A program made the translations under genes and the position numbers. Below, piece by piece: positions 8,283 through 16,660 of a stretch of DNA of 37,629 bases. This DNA comes from a virus: IMG/VR virus record IMGVR_UViG_3300037473_000262; one strand, written 5' to 3'. The notes beneath the pieces are model-generated. The model saw only the letters and a list, made by a program, of their open reading frames with translations. It was not told the DNA's origin and did no database searches. Every line of letters starts with the position of its first letter. Within the stretch, counting starts at the first letter, position 1.

Positions 8283-9053
8283 TCAAATATTCTGGTTTTC
8301 CAGTCGCGCGATGCGCTTCTGGTGTTCAGTCGTCCCACGTCCGCTTGATACGTTCGAGCGCACGGCCGGCGTGCGACCACGCGGCACATCAGCTGCCGGC
8401 GCTTTGGCTTTGGCTTTAGGCTTCAACTTGCCTTCTGCGATGTCCTTGCCGAGCATGTGGAAGTAGATCGCCTCGCGAGACGCATTGCGACCTTGCCGGC
8501 GCTCTTCGGCAAGTGCATGCTCTACCCGGTCGCGATAGCGTGCTCGATGCGGGTCCGCCGCAATCTTCGATTCAAACGATGTGCGATCGTTGAGGTCTTC
8601 CGCTCGCATCAAAGCCTGATGAGCAAGACGCTGGTTATCGCGCAGCACGCGGTTCGAATGGATCTGCCAGCGCTCCTGCTCGGTAATGTCCGTCGCACGG
8701 AGACGCTCTTCTTCGCGCTGGAATTCCGGATCGACAAAAGGCGCAGCGGTCGGAGCACGGCCTGCGTCCACCGCCCGACCGCGACGCTCGACCTCTTCTT
8801 CCAGCCGGCGCAGGCGTTCCGCTGCATCGTTGGGATCAGGTGCGGAGGCGCGTCTCGGTGTCGGTTCGACGAAATCGAAATCGAACTCATCGTCGAGCGG
8901 ATCAGCGCCACCAGCGGGATCGCCGCGCCCCGGATCCCCGGCGGGGTCGCCGCCACCAGCGGGGTCTTCGGCTGGATCACCACCGGGATCGGCGGCCGGA
9001 TCGTCGACGCCCGGGAACAGCAAACCGAGAAGACTCTTAAGAAGTTTGCTCAT
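8283..9053 (-). CDS. Scaffolding-like protein (256 aa)
   Basis: The gene lies immediately upstream of the capsid gene. It has an acidic (G)DPAG repeat tract, a charged helical body and a basic C-terminus. The N-terminus reads MSKLLKSLLGLLFPGV. Confidence 0.6.
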   Translation of the reverse strand: MSKLLKSLLGLLFPGVDDPAADPGGDPAEDPAGGGDPAGDPGRGDPAGGADPLDDEFDFDFVEPTPRRASAPDPNDAAERLRRLEEEVERRGRAVDAGRAPTAAPFVDPEFQREEERLRATDITEQERWQIHSNRVLRDNQRLAHQALMRAEDLNDRTSFESKIAADPHRARYRDRVEHALAEERRQGRNASREAIYFHMLGKDIAEGKLKPKAKAKAPAADVPRGRTPAVRSNVSSGRGTTEHQKRIARLENQNI

Positions 9054-9062
9054 CTCGTGCCT

Positions 9063-9581
9063 TTATGATTGCGTGCCGGTGCCGACCGCCTGAATCGTCG
9101 CAGTCGTCGGGCTGGTGATGGTGATGATGAAATCGCGCCAGGTGTTCTGCGCGATGCTCATGGTTCCACCGAGCGTCCAACCGGTATTCGTCGTCAAGGT
9201 CCAGGCAAAAGCGCCGCTCGAGCTGTTGATCGCGCGCAACTGGAAGCTGAGACCCACCGGGCTTTGCTGCACGTTCGACGGCAGCGCCGCGAGCAGTTGA
9301 GCAACCGTCGGCAGTTGAGCGTTCGCAGCAGCGCCAAGCGCACCGGTGAGATTGAGGAAATTCTGTGCGGCGCCGGCGATTTGCGAGCCGGCGAGAGTGA
9401 AGCCGGCGGTGTTCGCCGCCACGTTGTAGCCCGTTTCCTGAAACGGATTCATGCCGAGGATGGCGTTCACCAGGCCGATCTGATCGGGCATCGCGCCGTT
9501 ATCGGGGATGTTCGGGGTATTGCCGGCGCCGATCGCCGGAAAGATGAGCCCAATCAACCGGGCGAGAAACGTTTTGCGCAC
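9063..9581 (-). CDS. Head-module structural protein (172 aa) carrying the shared N-terminal leader
   Basis: GTG at 9581 lies 5 nt after AGGAGA. The product starts (M)RKTFLARLIGLIFPAIGAG. The track's ATG at 9635 has no such RBS. Confidence 0.65.
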   Translation of the reverse strand: MRKTFLARLIGLIFPAIGAGNTPNIPDNGAMPDQIGLVNAILGMNPFQETGYNVAANTAGFTLAGSQIAGAAQNFLNLTGALGAAANAQLPTVAQLLAALPSNVQQSPVGLSFQLRAINSSSGAFAWTLTTNTGWTLGGTMSIAQNTWRDFIITITSPTTATIQAVGTGTQS

Positions 9582-9641
9582 GATGTTCTCCTGAACAGGT
9601 TGCGCAATTTGTACAGATATTTCCCGGAGGTCCAAAGCGCG

Positions 9642-9872
9642 TTAAACGCCGCGCATCAGGTATAGCGTAATCTGCACCGTGCTGTAATCGACATTTGCGA
9701 TCTGCTCGATCTGGTCATCCGCAGACGCGAACGCCTCGAACAACGATTGAAAATTCTTGCTGGCAAACACCACGTCACCAGCCTTCACGCCGGGCACCGA
9801 CACGGGCCCATACGCCGCACCGCCGGTGAACGTCGCCCGAATGATGGTTGGGTTAACCGTATCGACTGACAT
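9642..9872 (-). CDS. Hypothetical small head-module protein (76 aa)
   Basis: ORF track. AGGAGA lies upstream of the ATG at 9872. Confidence 0.7.
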   Translation of the reverse strand: MSVDTVNPTIIRATFTGGAAYGPVSVPGVKAGDVVFASKNFQSLFEAFASADDQIEQIANVDYSTVQITLYLMRGV

Positions 9873-9881
9873 GGCTATCTC

Positions 9882-11264
9882 CTATCGCATCCGCCGCCAG
9901 CGAAGCGTCCCGGTAACGGCTGAGGTGCCGCCGCTGTAGGTTGTCTGGCAGACGAGAAAAATCTGCGTCGCCACGGCGAGCTTGAATATCTGTCGCGGCG
10001 CGGGCATATCCTGATTGCCAGCGGTCATCGCCCATTGCCATTGATATGCAGTCCCGATGCCCGACACTGTTGCGGAGGTGGTACTGAGGCCTGCGATGAT
10101 GCTGCTCACTGAGGTCGTGCCCGAATATGTGAAGTGAACATCGCCCCATACCTCCCAGTCGCCAGGCTGCAAGGTCTGGCTTGCGGCATTGGTGATAGCC
10201 AAACTTGCGGCAGATGTGGGGCCGGTCTGAACCGTTCCTGACTCGCCTACACTTCCCGCGTTTGCGTTATTGTTGGTGTTCGTGCCGATGATGCCGCCGG
10301 TCTGCGACGGCTGGATAGAGCCGAGCACAGACAGGTTTCCGGCGTCGGTCAGCGCGAGCGCGAGCGCAGAGTTCGCATCGTTCGCGATCCCGAAGGTGCC
10401 GTTCACCACGCGCAGGTATTTCGTCGGCGTCGTCGAGCCGTTGCCGGTCATGTGGATGTTGGCGCCCTGCGACCCGGTGTTCGTCACCTGCAGCGTATTC
10501 AGGCCGTTCGAGGGCTCCGTTGCGCTGAGCGTGGTGAATGCGCCTGCCGCGGGTGTTCCGCTCCCGATTGCCGGCGGGTTGAGGAACCGGTCCTGCACGA
10601 AGAAGGTGGTCGCGAGCGCGTTGCTGCTGTCCGTGCGCGATGGGCTCGCAGCAGCAACAGCCGTCGTGAGCGTCGGAGATGTGCCGAATACCAGGCTTCC
10701 TGAGCCGGTTTCGTCGGAAATGACGCCAGCCAGCTGCGCAGACGTTGTCGAAGCGAACTGCGCGAGCGTTCCGGATGTCGACGCCAGGCTCAATGCCGAA
10801 GCGCTTTGGAAAGCGGGATCGGCGCCAGTACCCGTGGACGAGAAAATGGTACCTGCCGCACCCGGAGCGGCGAATCCGACGCCGGCCGTACCTTCGCCAA
10901 TCAACACGTTGTGCGCGCTCAGCGCGTTTTGACCGGTGCCCCCGCTCGCGACACCGATTGCAGAGGAAGTCGACAGCGATACGCCGGAAATCGTGCCGCC
11001 GGTAATGCTCACGGCGTTCGCGTTCTGATTGGCCATCGTGCCGGCCGCGGCGCCGTTCACTTTCGACACGACAGGATTCGGATACGTGCCACTCAGGTCG
11101 CCACCCGCTGGCCCCGTGGGGGGCTCAGGCTCACCAACCAGCGCATTGAGCGCAAGGGTCATCTGACGTGCAAGTGCGTTTAGCGCAGCCTGGATCTGTT
11201 CGGGCGGAACATCCTTCCCTTCCGCCCGAACGATCGGTGCCTGAATCAGAAACTGGTCAGCCAT
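9882..11264 (-). CDS. Fibre-like protein (460 aa) located between the portal/protease genes and the head genes
   Basis: The start was set at MADQFLIQ (11264), overlapping the upstream stop. GDLSGTYPNPVV and ISDETGSGSLVFGTSPTLTT are motifs typical of phage tail fibres. It shares the GNGSTTPTKYLRV..G.F.I.ND...D.GNL module with 2828..3475. Confidence 0.7.
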   Translation of the reverse strand: MADQFLIQAPIVRAEGKDVPPEQIQAALNALARQMTLALNALVGEPEPPTGPAGGDLSGTYPNPVVSKVNGAAAGTMANQNANAVSITGGTISGVSLSTSSAIGVASGGTGQNALSAHNVLIGEGTAGVGFAAPGAAGTIFSSTGTGADPAFQSASALSLASTSGTLAQFASTTSAQLAGVISDETGSGSLVFGTSPTLTTAVAAASPSRTDSSNALATTFFVQDRFLNPPAIGSGTPAAGAFTTLSATEPSNGLNTLQVTNTGSQGANIHMTGNGSTTPTKYLRVVNGTFGIANDANSALALALTDAGNLSVLGSIQPSQTGGIIGTNTNNNANAGSVGESGTVQTGPTSAASLAITNAASQTLQPGDWEVWGDVHFTYSGTTSVSSIIAGLSTTSATVSGIGTAYQWQWAMTAGNQDMPAPRQIFKLAVATQIFLVCQTTYSGGTSAVTGTLRWRRMR

Positions 11265-11601
11265 CGAGAGCCCCCACTCGATCGAATGTCGAGGGATGAA
11301 GCGGCCCGCTGCCATGCGGGAAGCGCGTTAGGAATGAGCGCAGGCCACGCGCTTCGCCGCGCTCTTTCACGTATCGATCCGCGGCGAATTCCTGCTCGTG
11401 GCATCGCGCGAATACCCACTGTGGCCGGAAAACGATTTGCAGCGTCATCACCCACCAGAGCCGACGCAACGCGTCGTGCTTTACGATGTGAGCACGCTCG
11501 TGCAACAACACCGCGGACTTCTCTGCCTGCGTCAACCGTTCGAAGAAGTCGCCGGTCTGGATCGTTCCCCACGGCGTACACCGCGCAACAAATGGTTTCA
11601 T
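11257..11601 (-). CDS. Small HExxH zinc-metallopeptidase-like protein (M48/M56-type motif), 114 aa
   Basis: LLHERAHIVKHDALRRLW is followed by HEQEFAADRYV. There is an ATGA overlap with the portal stop, and the 3-prime end overlaps the next start. Confidence 0.6.
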   Translation of the reverse strand: MKPFVARCTPWGTIQTGDFFERLTQAEKSAVLLHERAHIVKHDALRRLWWVMTLQIVFRPQWVFARCHEQEFAADRYVKERGEARGLRSFLTRFPHGSGPLHPSTFDRVGALDG

Positions 11602-13787
11602 CGCGGCCCCGCAGTCGGAGATGCCATCTGGTCAGGATGAATCGCGCCGGGCGGCTGCTGCGGGCGCGGGGGAGCCGGCTGGGCACCGGGTCGTGGCGTA
11701 CCGGGCACGCCAGGGCCCACCCCGCCGGGCACGCCTGGTTGACCTGGCTGTTTCTGTGGACCCATCTGCTGTTGCAACTTCGCCTGCATCGCGGCGACGT
11801 GTTGCTGCACGTGCGCGCGGAACAGGCCCGACGGATCGCCCGTCAGTTGCGCCGCCTGCAGGTGCGACTGAATGTGTCGACGATCATCGTCAGCCTGATG
11901 GATCTCGGCCTGCAGACCGTTGTGCATCATCAGGTTCTCGTCTTCCGGATCGATGTGGAACATGTTGCGTTCGTCGATCAGGATGCGCGGCGCGACTTCG
12001 GGTCCGAATATCTGCTCGGTGCCGTACTCGAGGATCGGGCCGATGTTCAGACGGCGGCCGTCGAGCTGCTGCGGCGGGATACCACGCAGCACGTTCATCC
12101 ACGAAATCATCTGCTGCATGCGCTGCAGGTTCTGCTGGTACGACGTGCCGCACCACCGGAAGAAATACCGCTCACCGAATGCCTGCGGCGGGATGACCTG
12201 AAGGTTTGCGCGCGCGCCAACTTCGCCGAGCACCTCGACCGTCAACTCTTCCGTGCGGAACTGCCGGTCCAGTTCGAACATCCACTCGAGCAGCGGATTT
12301 AATATCACCTCTTCGTAACGCTTGGCGTTGTCGATGATGTTCGATTCCTGAGCTGCAGACATTGCGGCAATCTGCTGAGCACCCTTTCGACCAGCGGGCA
12401 TCTTGCCGAGCATGGCGTCGTTGACGTCCATCGACTCGTTGATCTGCTGCTTGAGGTTCTCGCACAGAGGGATCGCGTCTTTGTAGAGCGCCGGGAAGTT
12501 GACGAACTTCGTCTTGTTCGGATCCGTCAGCCACACCGCAGCGAGACCCACCACCATTGACTGATAGCTCGGGTTCGACAGAGGGTCGACCATCGTGATC
12601 GGCAGCAGGCTGTACTGCGCCGAGTCCTGCCCCATGTTCCAGAAGTCGTTCAGGTTCCACTGCAGGAACTTGACGGGTTCGATCTTCGACACGCCGAAGA
12701 AAGATCCCTGGATTCGCTCGATTGGTGCCGACAGGATTGGTCGTTTTCCAGACCAAAATGGGTTGCGGATAATGCCAAGAATTTCGTCCTGGCCTGCGAA
12801 ATAGACGTAGCAGGGTTCTTTGCCGTTACCGAGGTCGAGATTGGTGTGGCATTCATAAATCAGCGCGTACTTGAAGGTGCCTTCAGTGCGGATACCGGCG
12901 TCGCCGGTGCGCTTCTTCGGCGGCACGTATTTTTCGCGGCCGCCGTCCGGTTTCGCGAGGTTCTCGACAAGTTCTTTCGCCGAGTGCCCGAGAAAAATGC
13001 CTTCGTCGATGAATTGCTGGACTGCATCCTTGTCGAGCCGGAGACGGATGCACGATGCAGTCGCCTTCTCTATGTCGTTGCAGGTCGGCGGATAGACTGC
13101 GAGGTCTTCGGTCGCGAAAGGTACGATGTCCGGCCCTTCGGTCGTGACCTCTTTCGTCTCCGTTTCCCACGTCCAGTCGTCGTCTTCCGCGGCAACATCC
13201 TGAACCTCGACGCCAAGCTCGGCGTTTTCCAGAACCGGCGGCTTCCTGATCAACTCGCGGACACGGCGCTGCGTCTTCGACCAGTCGATATACAGGTTCC
13301 ACTGGCCGGTGACGTCTCCCGCAATCAGGTCGGTGCGCACCGCATCCTTGACGTTGGCCGAGCGGATGTAATGCTCCAGCAGACTTACCTGCGCGAACGG
13401 AATGTTGCCGTCAGGACCAGTGGCACCAACATGCTTGTGATTGACGGGAAAGAGCTGCGCCAGCGTGCGCTTCATGCGCGCGTTCACCGCGTTGCGTACG
13501 GCCGGGATGTAGCACTGGCTATTGCCGGAGTACTGCTGGTTTTCGTCCGGCTGAGCGTTGTAGATGGACCAGTACTCCATGATCCGGTCCATCTGCTCCT
13601 GCTTGTTCTGGTAGCACTTGGCGAGCTTGGGGTATAGCCCCGCCGCGTCTATGTAGGCATCGGAATCGGGCTGGTCAGCCCAGTTTTCTAGCGGTTCGCC
13701 TGACTTCTCAGCGTCGATTGCCCGCGAGTCAATTTTCTCGACCGCGGGCTTGTCGTCCTGCTTTTTCTCACTTTTTCGGCGGGCCAT
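11598..13787 (-). CDS. Portal protein (729 aa) with a Pro/Gly/Gln-rich C-terminal tail
   Basis: The call rests on size, on position just downstream of the large terminase, and on the conserved-looking N-terminal YSGNSQCYIPAVRNAVNARMKRTLAQLFP region. The low-complexity C-terminus reads QKQPGQPGVPGGVGPGVPGTPRPGAQPAPPRPQQPPG. Confidence 0.75.
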   Translation of the reverse strand: MARRKSEKKQDDKPAVEKIDSRAIDAEKSGEPLENWADQPDSDAYIDAAGLYPKLAKCYQNKQEQMDRIMEYWSIYNAQPDENQQYSGNSQCYIPAVRNAVNARMKRTLAQLFPVNHKHVGATGPDGNIPFAQVSLLEHYIRSANVKDAVRTDLIAGDVTGQWNLYIDWSKTQRRVRELIRKPPVLENAELGVEVQDVAAEDDDWTWETETKEVTTEGPDIVPFATEDLAVYPPTCNDIEKATASCIRLRLDKDAVQQFIDEGIFLGHSAKELVENLAKPDGGREKYVPPKKRTGDAGIRTEGTFKYALIYECHTNLDLGNGKEPCYVYFAGQDEILGIIRNPFWSGKRPILSAPIERIQGSFFGVSKIEPVKFLQWNLNDFWNMGQDSAQYSLLPITMVDPLSNPSYQSMVVGLAAVWLTDPNKTKFVNFPALYKDAIPLCENLKQQINESMDVNDAMLGKMPAGRKGAQQIAAMSAAQESNIIDNAKRYEEVILNPLLEWMFELDRQFRTEELTVEVLGEVGARANLQVIPPQAFGERYFFRWCGTSYQQNLQRMQQMISWMNVLRGIPPQQLDGRRLNIGPILEYGTEQIFGPEVAPRILIDERNMFHIDPEDENLMMHNGLQAEIHQADDDRRHIQSHLQAAQLTGDPSGLFRAHVQQHVAAMQAKLQQQMGPQKQPGQPGVPGGVGPGVPGTPRPGAQPAPPRPQQPPGAIHPDQMASPTAGPR

Positions 13788-13794
13788 GGATGGT

Positions 13795-13968
13795 TCAACC
13801 GATCACCTTGCCCTCGAGCTTCTTGCGAAGCGAGGTGCCAGTGTTGCGGTCGCGCGGCGTGCGGTTCGGCTTGTCGTCGACGTTGGACTTGTACGGCGAC
13901 TTGCCGAAGAACTCGTTCACGTCGCGCGACATCGAGCGCGTGCCCTGAAACTCGCGGCGCTTTTTCAT
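13795..13968 (-). CDS. Tiny basic protein (57 aa), not in the ORF track
   Basis: Hand translation gives MKKRREFQGTRSMSRDVNEFFGKSPYKSNVDDKPNRTPRDRNTGTSLRKKLEGKVIG. There is a TGATG overlap with the upstream mini-ORF, and GC3 is high. Confidence 0.5.
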   Translation of the reverse strand: MKKRREFQGTRSMSRDVNEFFGKSPYKSNVDDKPNRTPRDRNTGTSLRKKLEGKVIG

Positions 13969-14129
13969 CACAGACCCTTGCGGCCCATCTTCTCGCGCAT
14001 GGCGCCGCTCTGCATGCGTTCGCCCATACGTTCCGGCTTGCCGTATGCACCGCCTTGCTGCTTACCCTGGTAGAAGTCGGTCGGCTTCTGCGTCGGGGCC
14101 TTCGGCATGATCTTGCGGTCGATTGCCAT
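13968..14129 (-). CDS. Tiny basic protein (53 aa), not in the ORF track
   Basis: Hand translation gives MAIDRKIMPKAPTQKPTDFYQGKQQGGAYGKPERMGERMQSGAMREKMGRKGL. The ATG lies 2 nt after the TerL stop, and GC3 is high. Confidence 0.5.
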   Translation of the reverse strand: MAIDRKIMPKAPTQKPTDFYQGKQQGGAYGKPERMGERMQSGAMREKMGRKGL

Positions 14130-14131
14130 GT

Positions 14132-16138
14132 CTATCCTCTTCGGGGCAATGTGGTGAAGTAGGTCGCACCCTGCGGATTGACGCCGATGTTCACGCCTTC
14201 CGGCAAAGCGTCATTGCGCTGCGTGCTCAGTACATGCACCGCAGACTCCAAACCTTCGATCAGCGTGCGGTGCGGACTGGTCTCGGGGAGGCTACCTTTA
14301 TTTCCCGAGCGGTCCACGTCGAATTTGTAGCCGCCGGCCATGGCATTCACCGTGTGTTTTGCGTTGACCTGGTCGACGAGAAACAGACGCCTTGCTTTCG
14401 ATTCCGTCCGAATCAGTGGCGAGAGTGATCCACGCGAGACGTTGATGTAACCGCCGCGCATCGGATACAGATTTGCAGACCGAAGAGCAGGCACGATCGG
14501 CATGCGATCAGCCTGGTCGAGTACGTCGCCCGGGACGTATGCCGTGAGCCGGGCCCTCGGGAAAGCAGCGCGCACGAGCGCGACGATGTCAGGCACTGCG
14601 TCTTTCGGCGTAGCGGGCGCAATCCAGTCGGCTGCGACCACGAGTCGCTGTCCCTCTATGCTCACCAGTGCGGCCGTCGTTTCCGTACCCGAAGCGTTGA
14701 AAGCGAGCATCATCGGGTTTTGCTGCGTCGGCTCATAGTCCGACACGAGATTCCACTGTCCGAAGTCCTCGTACACGGCCACTCCCGAAAACACGCGCTG
14801 GAAGTAGGCAAGCGCATTCAGGATGTCGCGCTTGCCGCTGGGGAAGTTCTGGATCTCGGCGACGAGCTTCGCGTGCGCGCCACGACCGCCGACCAGCACA
14901 ATGTCGCCCGCTAGAAAAAATGGCTGCATACCCATGATGAACTGCGCCTTGTCGCGATCCTGCGGCGCGGACAGCGGACGCAGCGCCAGCGTCACGCCGC
15001 GGCGAATCATCTCGGCGCGCATCGGCTGCATGAGCCACTCGTCCAGCGAGTTTTTCTCGATCGCCACCGCCGCATCATTGAACCGGGCGGACGTCTCGAA
15101 TGCGTCCTCGATCACCTGATCGGGTTTCCAGAATTCGCCAGACGACGCGTGCACGTATATCTTCGTGCCCAGACGACTGACCACCACCCGGCCAGACCGA
15201 TCACTCTTCTTCGTGTCGGTCGTACGTGCTGGATCGGTAATGACGACCTTCGGCACCCACGGCGCCGGGTCGAGCGCGATCTCCGCAATCTGGTCGTCGG
15301 AGAACGGCTTGTCCTGCGAGCCGATCGCCTGCAGCATGTACTCCTGCATGAAACCTCGAAGTTGGCCCGCCCGCTCCTTCTCGTCGCGCGTCTTGCGGAT
15401 CCACTCCATCGGGTATCGATCGGGCCATTGGGATTCGGCCGCCGGATCGTCGATATCCCCATTGCAGATCGGGTACCGGCGACAGGTCCAGTCCGGGTTG
15501 TCGCGCAGCCGCGTGACCATGCAATCCTCGGCAAGGGGCGTCTGCGTGAAGCGGATCTTGCCCTTGACCTTGTCCATCGCCGGCATCAGCTCGAGATAGA
15601 GTTTGCGCATGGACGCGTCGACCGCCGCCTTGTCCTTCACACGCTCCATGTTCTCGATGTCGTCGAGGTACGCGCGATCGGGCCGCAGGTCGTGCCACTT
15701 GAAGCCGCGCAATTCCTCCTCCCAGCCGTGCGCCTCAAGCAGCACACCGTTCGAGAGTTCCATCTGATGCTCGTTCCACAGCCTGCCCGACTCCTTCAGA
15801 CGGCCGAACAGGCTCTGCAACTTCATGTTGCGAGACGCCTCGAACTTGATCGCCTCAAGCCTCTGGCAGGCCTTCGTGTACGTCTCGCCGAGGATCAAGC
15901 AATATCCAAAATTTCCGAATGCCGCCTCGATCAACAGGAACTCCTCCGACAGCGTGGACTTCGCCCCTTCCCGGAACGCCTCGATCAGCACGAACTCATC
16001 CTGACTGCGCCAGAGGTCCATAATCTCGACGTGAAACGGTGGCGACGTCTGCGGGTGACGATGGGGAAACAGCATCGCCGAAGCGAGCGCACGGTCGTCG
16101 GAGAGCGCCTTGACAAGGGCTGCGTTGGATAGGGCCAT
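14132..16138 (-). CDS. terL: Terminase large subunit (668 aa)
   Basis: There is a Walker-A-like AFREGAKST, an acidic Walker-B-type region, and a C-terminal RNaseH-like nuclease region (VVITDPARTTD...). The start was trimmed to MALSNAALVK at 16138 because the upstream 71 codons look non-protein-like. Confidence 0.85.
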   Translation of the reverse strand: MALSNAALVKALSDDRALASAMLFPHRHPQTSPPFHVEIMDLWRSQDEFVLIEAFREGAKSTLSEEFLLIEAAFGNFGYCLILGETYTKACQRLEAIKFEASRNMKLQSLFGRLKESGRLWNEHQMELSNGVLLEAHGWEEELRGFKWHDLRPDRAYLDDIENMERVKDKAAVDASMRKLYLELMPAMDKVKGKIRFTQTPLAEDCMVTRLRDNPDWTCRRYPICNGDIDDPAAESQWPDRYPMEWIRKTRDEKERAGQLRGFMQEYMLQAIGSQDKPFSDDQIAEIALDPAPWVPKVVITDPARTTDTKKSDRSGRVVVSRLGTKIYVHASSGEFWKPDQVIEDAFETSARFNDAAVAIEKNSLDEWLMQPMRAEMIRRGVTLALRPLSAPQDRDKAQFIMGMQPFFLAGDIVLVGGRGAHAKLVAEIQNFPSGKRDILNALAYFQRVFSGVAVYEDFGQWNLVSDYEPTQQNPMMLAFNASGTETTAALVSIEGQRLVVAADWIAPATPKDAVPDIVALVRAAFPRARLTAYVPGDVLDQADRMPIVPALRSANLYPMRGGYINVSRGSLSPLIRTESKARRLFLVDQVNAKHTVNAMAGGYKFDVDRSGNKGSLPETSPHRTLIEGLESAVHVLSTQRNDALPEGVNIGVNPQGATYFTTLPRRG

Positions 16139-16259
16139 GCGCGCGACGGTAATTTCTTTTCCCGGGCCATGCGTGTTTTTTCGGTGCGCGGATTGGGGAG
16201 AGGCTCCCCGAATTCTGTGGACCCCGTCCGGCGGGGGGCTAGGGTGGTCCCAGAGTTGA

Positions 16260-16660
16260 GAATCATTCTCGATTGGACGCTGATAACGGCATCGCGGCGC
16301 GTCAAAGCGGTGATAACATCTATTATGTAAAATCGTGATGCACCGCACCAACTCAATGCAATCAATGACTTACGCTTGCCGTCAGTGTCAATCATCGCAT
16401 ATATGCTATTGGTGCGATGCGACATTGGAGAATTGTTGTCAGATCGTAATGCAATGTCAGCCGTGTGCAACGATGTCCGAAACGCCGCAAATCAATGTTT
16501 TTCAGGCTCATCCGGAACCTCAAACCGCCACCTCTCCATTCATTCCCATCGCAATCATTGAGCCTTTCCTCGCGCGTGTGCGTGCGCGCGTAATAATGAT
16601 GTTCGCCGCTATCGGGTCAGCGCGTCTCACCTCAAACGTTTAGGGTGACCGAATCGCTAC
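16260..16660. other. AT-rich island (about 47% GC against more than 60% elsewhere) with iterated CAATCA and TGATAAC motifs, upstream of terL
   Basis: GC was counted per 60-nt line (25-31 of 60). CAATCA-type motifs occur near 16359, 16388, 16489 and 16551. TGATAAC occurs twice (16281-16287 and 16311-16317). Confidence 0.7.
16335..16643 (+). CDS. Possible Cys-rich protein with a hydrophobic C-terminus (102 aa); doubtful
   Basis: ORF track. The Cys pattern is CxxC-x5-CxxC-x6-CC-x5-CxxC in YACRQCQSSHICYWCDATLENCCQIVMQCQPC. The ORF is on the opposite strand to its neighbours. There is no SD sequence and GC3 is low. Confidence 0.25.
   Translation: MMHRTNSMQSMTYACRQCQSSHICYWCDATLENCCQIVMQCQPCATMSETPQINVFQAHPEPQTATSPFIPIAIIEPFLARVRARVIMMFAAIGSARLTSNV

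Noticed and set aside
7402-8466. Long antisense ORFs opposite well-supported genes. Examples are 7402..8466 +, 11286..12302 +, 12846..13637 +, 15149..16132 +, 18989..20188 +, 31121..32452 +, 25252..26151 - and 27663..28535 -.
   Set aside because: They are typical high-GC shadow ORFs. They have Arg/Ala/Pro/His-rich compositions and no motifs. Each one fully overlaps a partner ORF that has recognisable domains, SD sequences and operon-style start/stop coupling.
8840-9010. The GDPAG-type repeats in the scaffold-like gene as a DNA tandem repeat, VNTR or CRISPR-like array.
   Set aside because: The repeats are short, imperfect and in frame within a coding region, forming an acidic low-complexity tract. 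No spacer-repeat architecture exists here or anywhere else in the window.
9882-11264. A diversity-generating retroelement acting on the fibre C-terminus, as in BPP-1-type podophages.
   Set aside because: No reverse transcriptase ORF and no template/variable repeat pair was found anywhere in the window.
16139-16351. N-terminal extension of the large terminase to the track start at 16351 (739 aa).
   Set aside because: The extra 71 codons (MVRCITILHNRCYHRFDAPRCRY...) run through hairpins and AT-rich sequence and do not look like protein. The terminase-like sequence begins at MALSNAALVK (16138). The exact start remains uncertain because no SD is evident.
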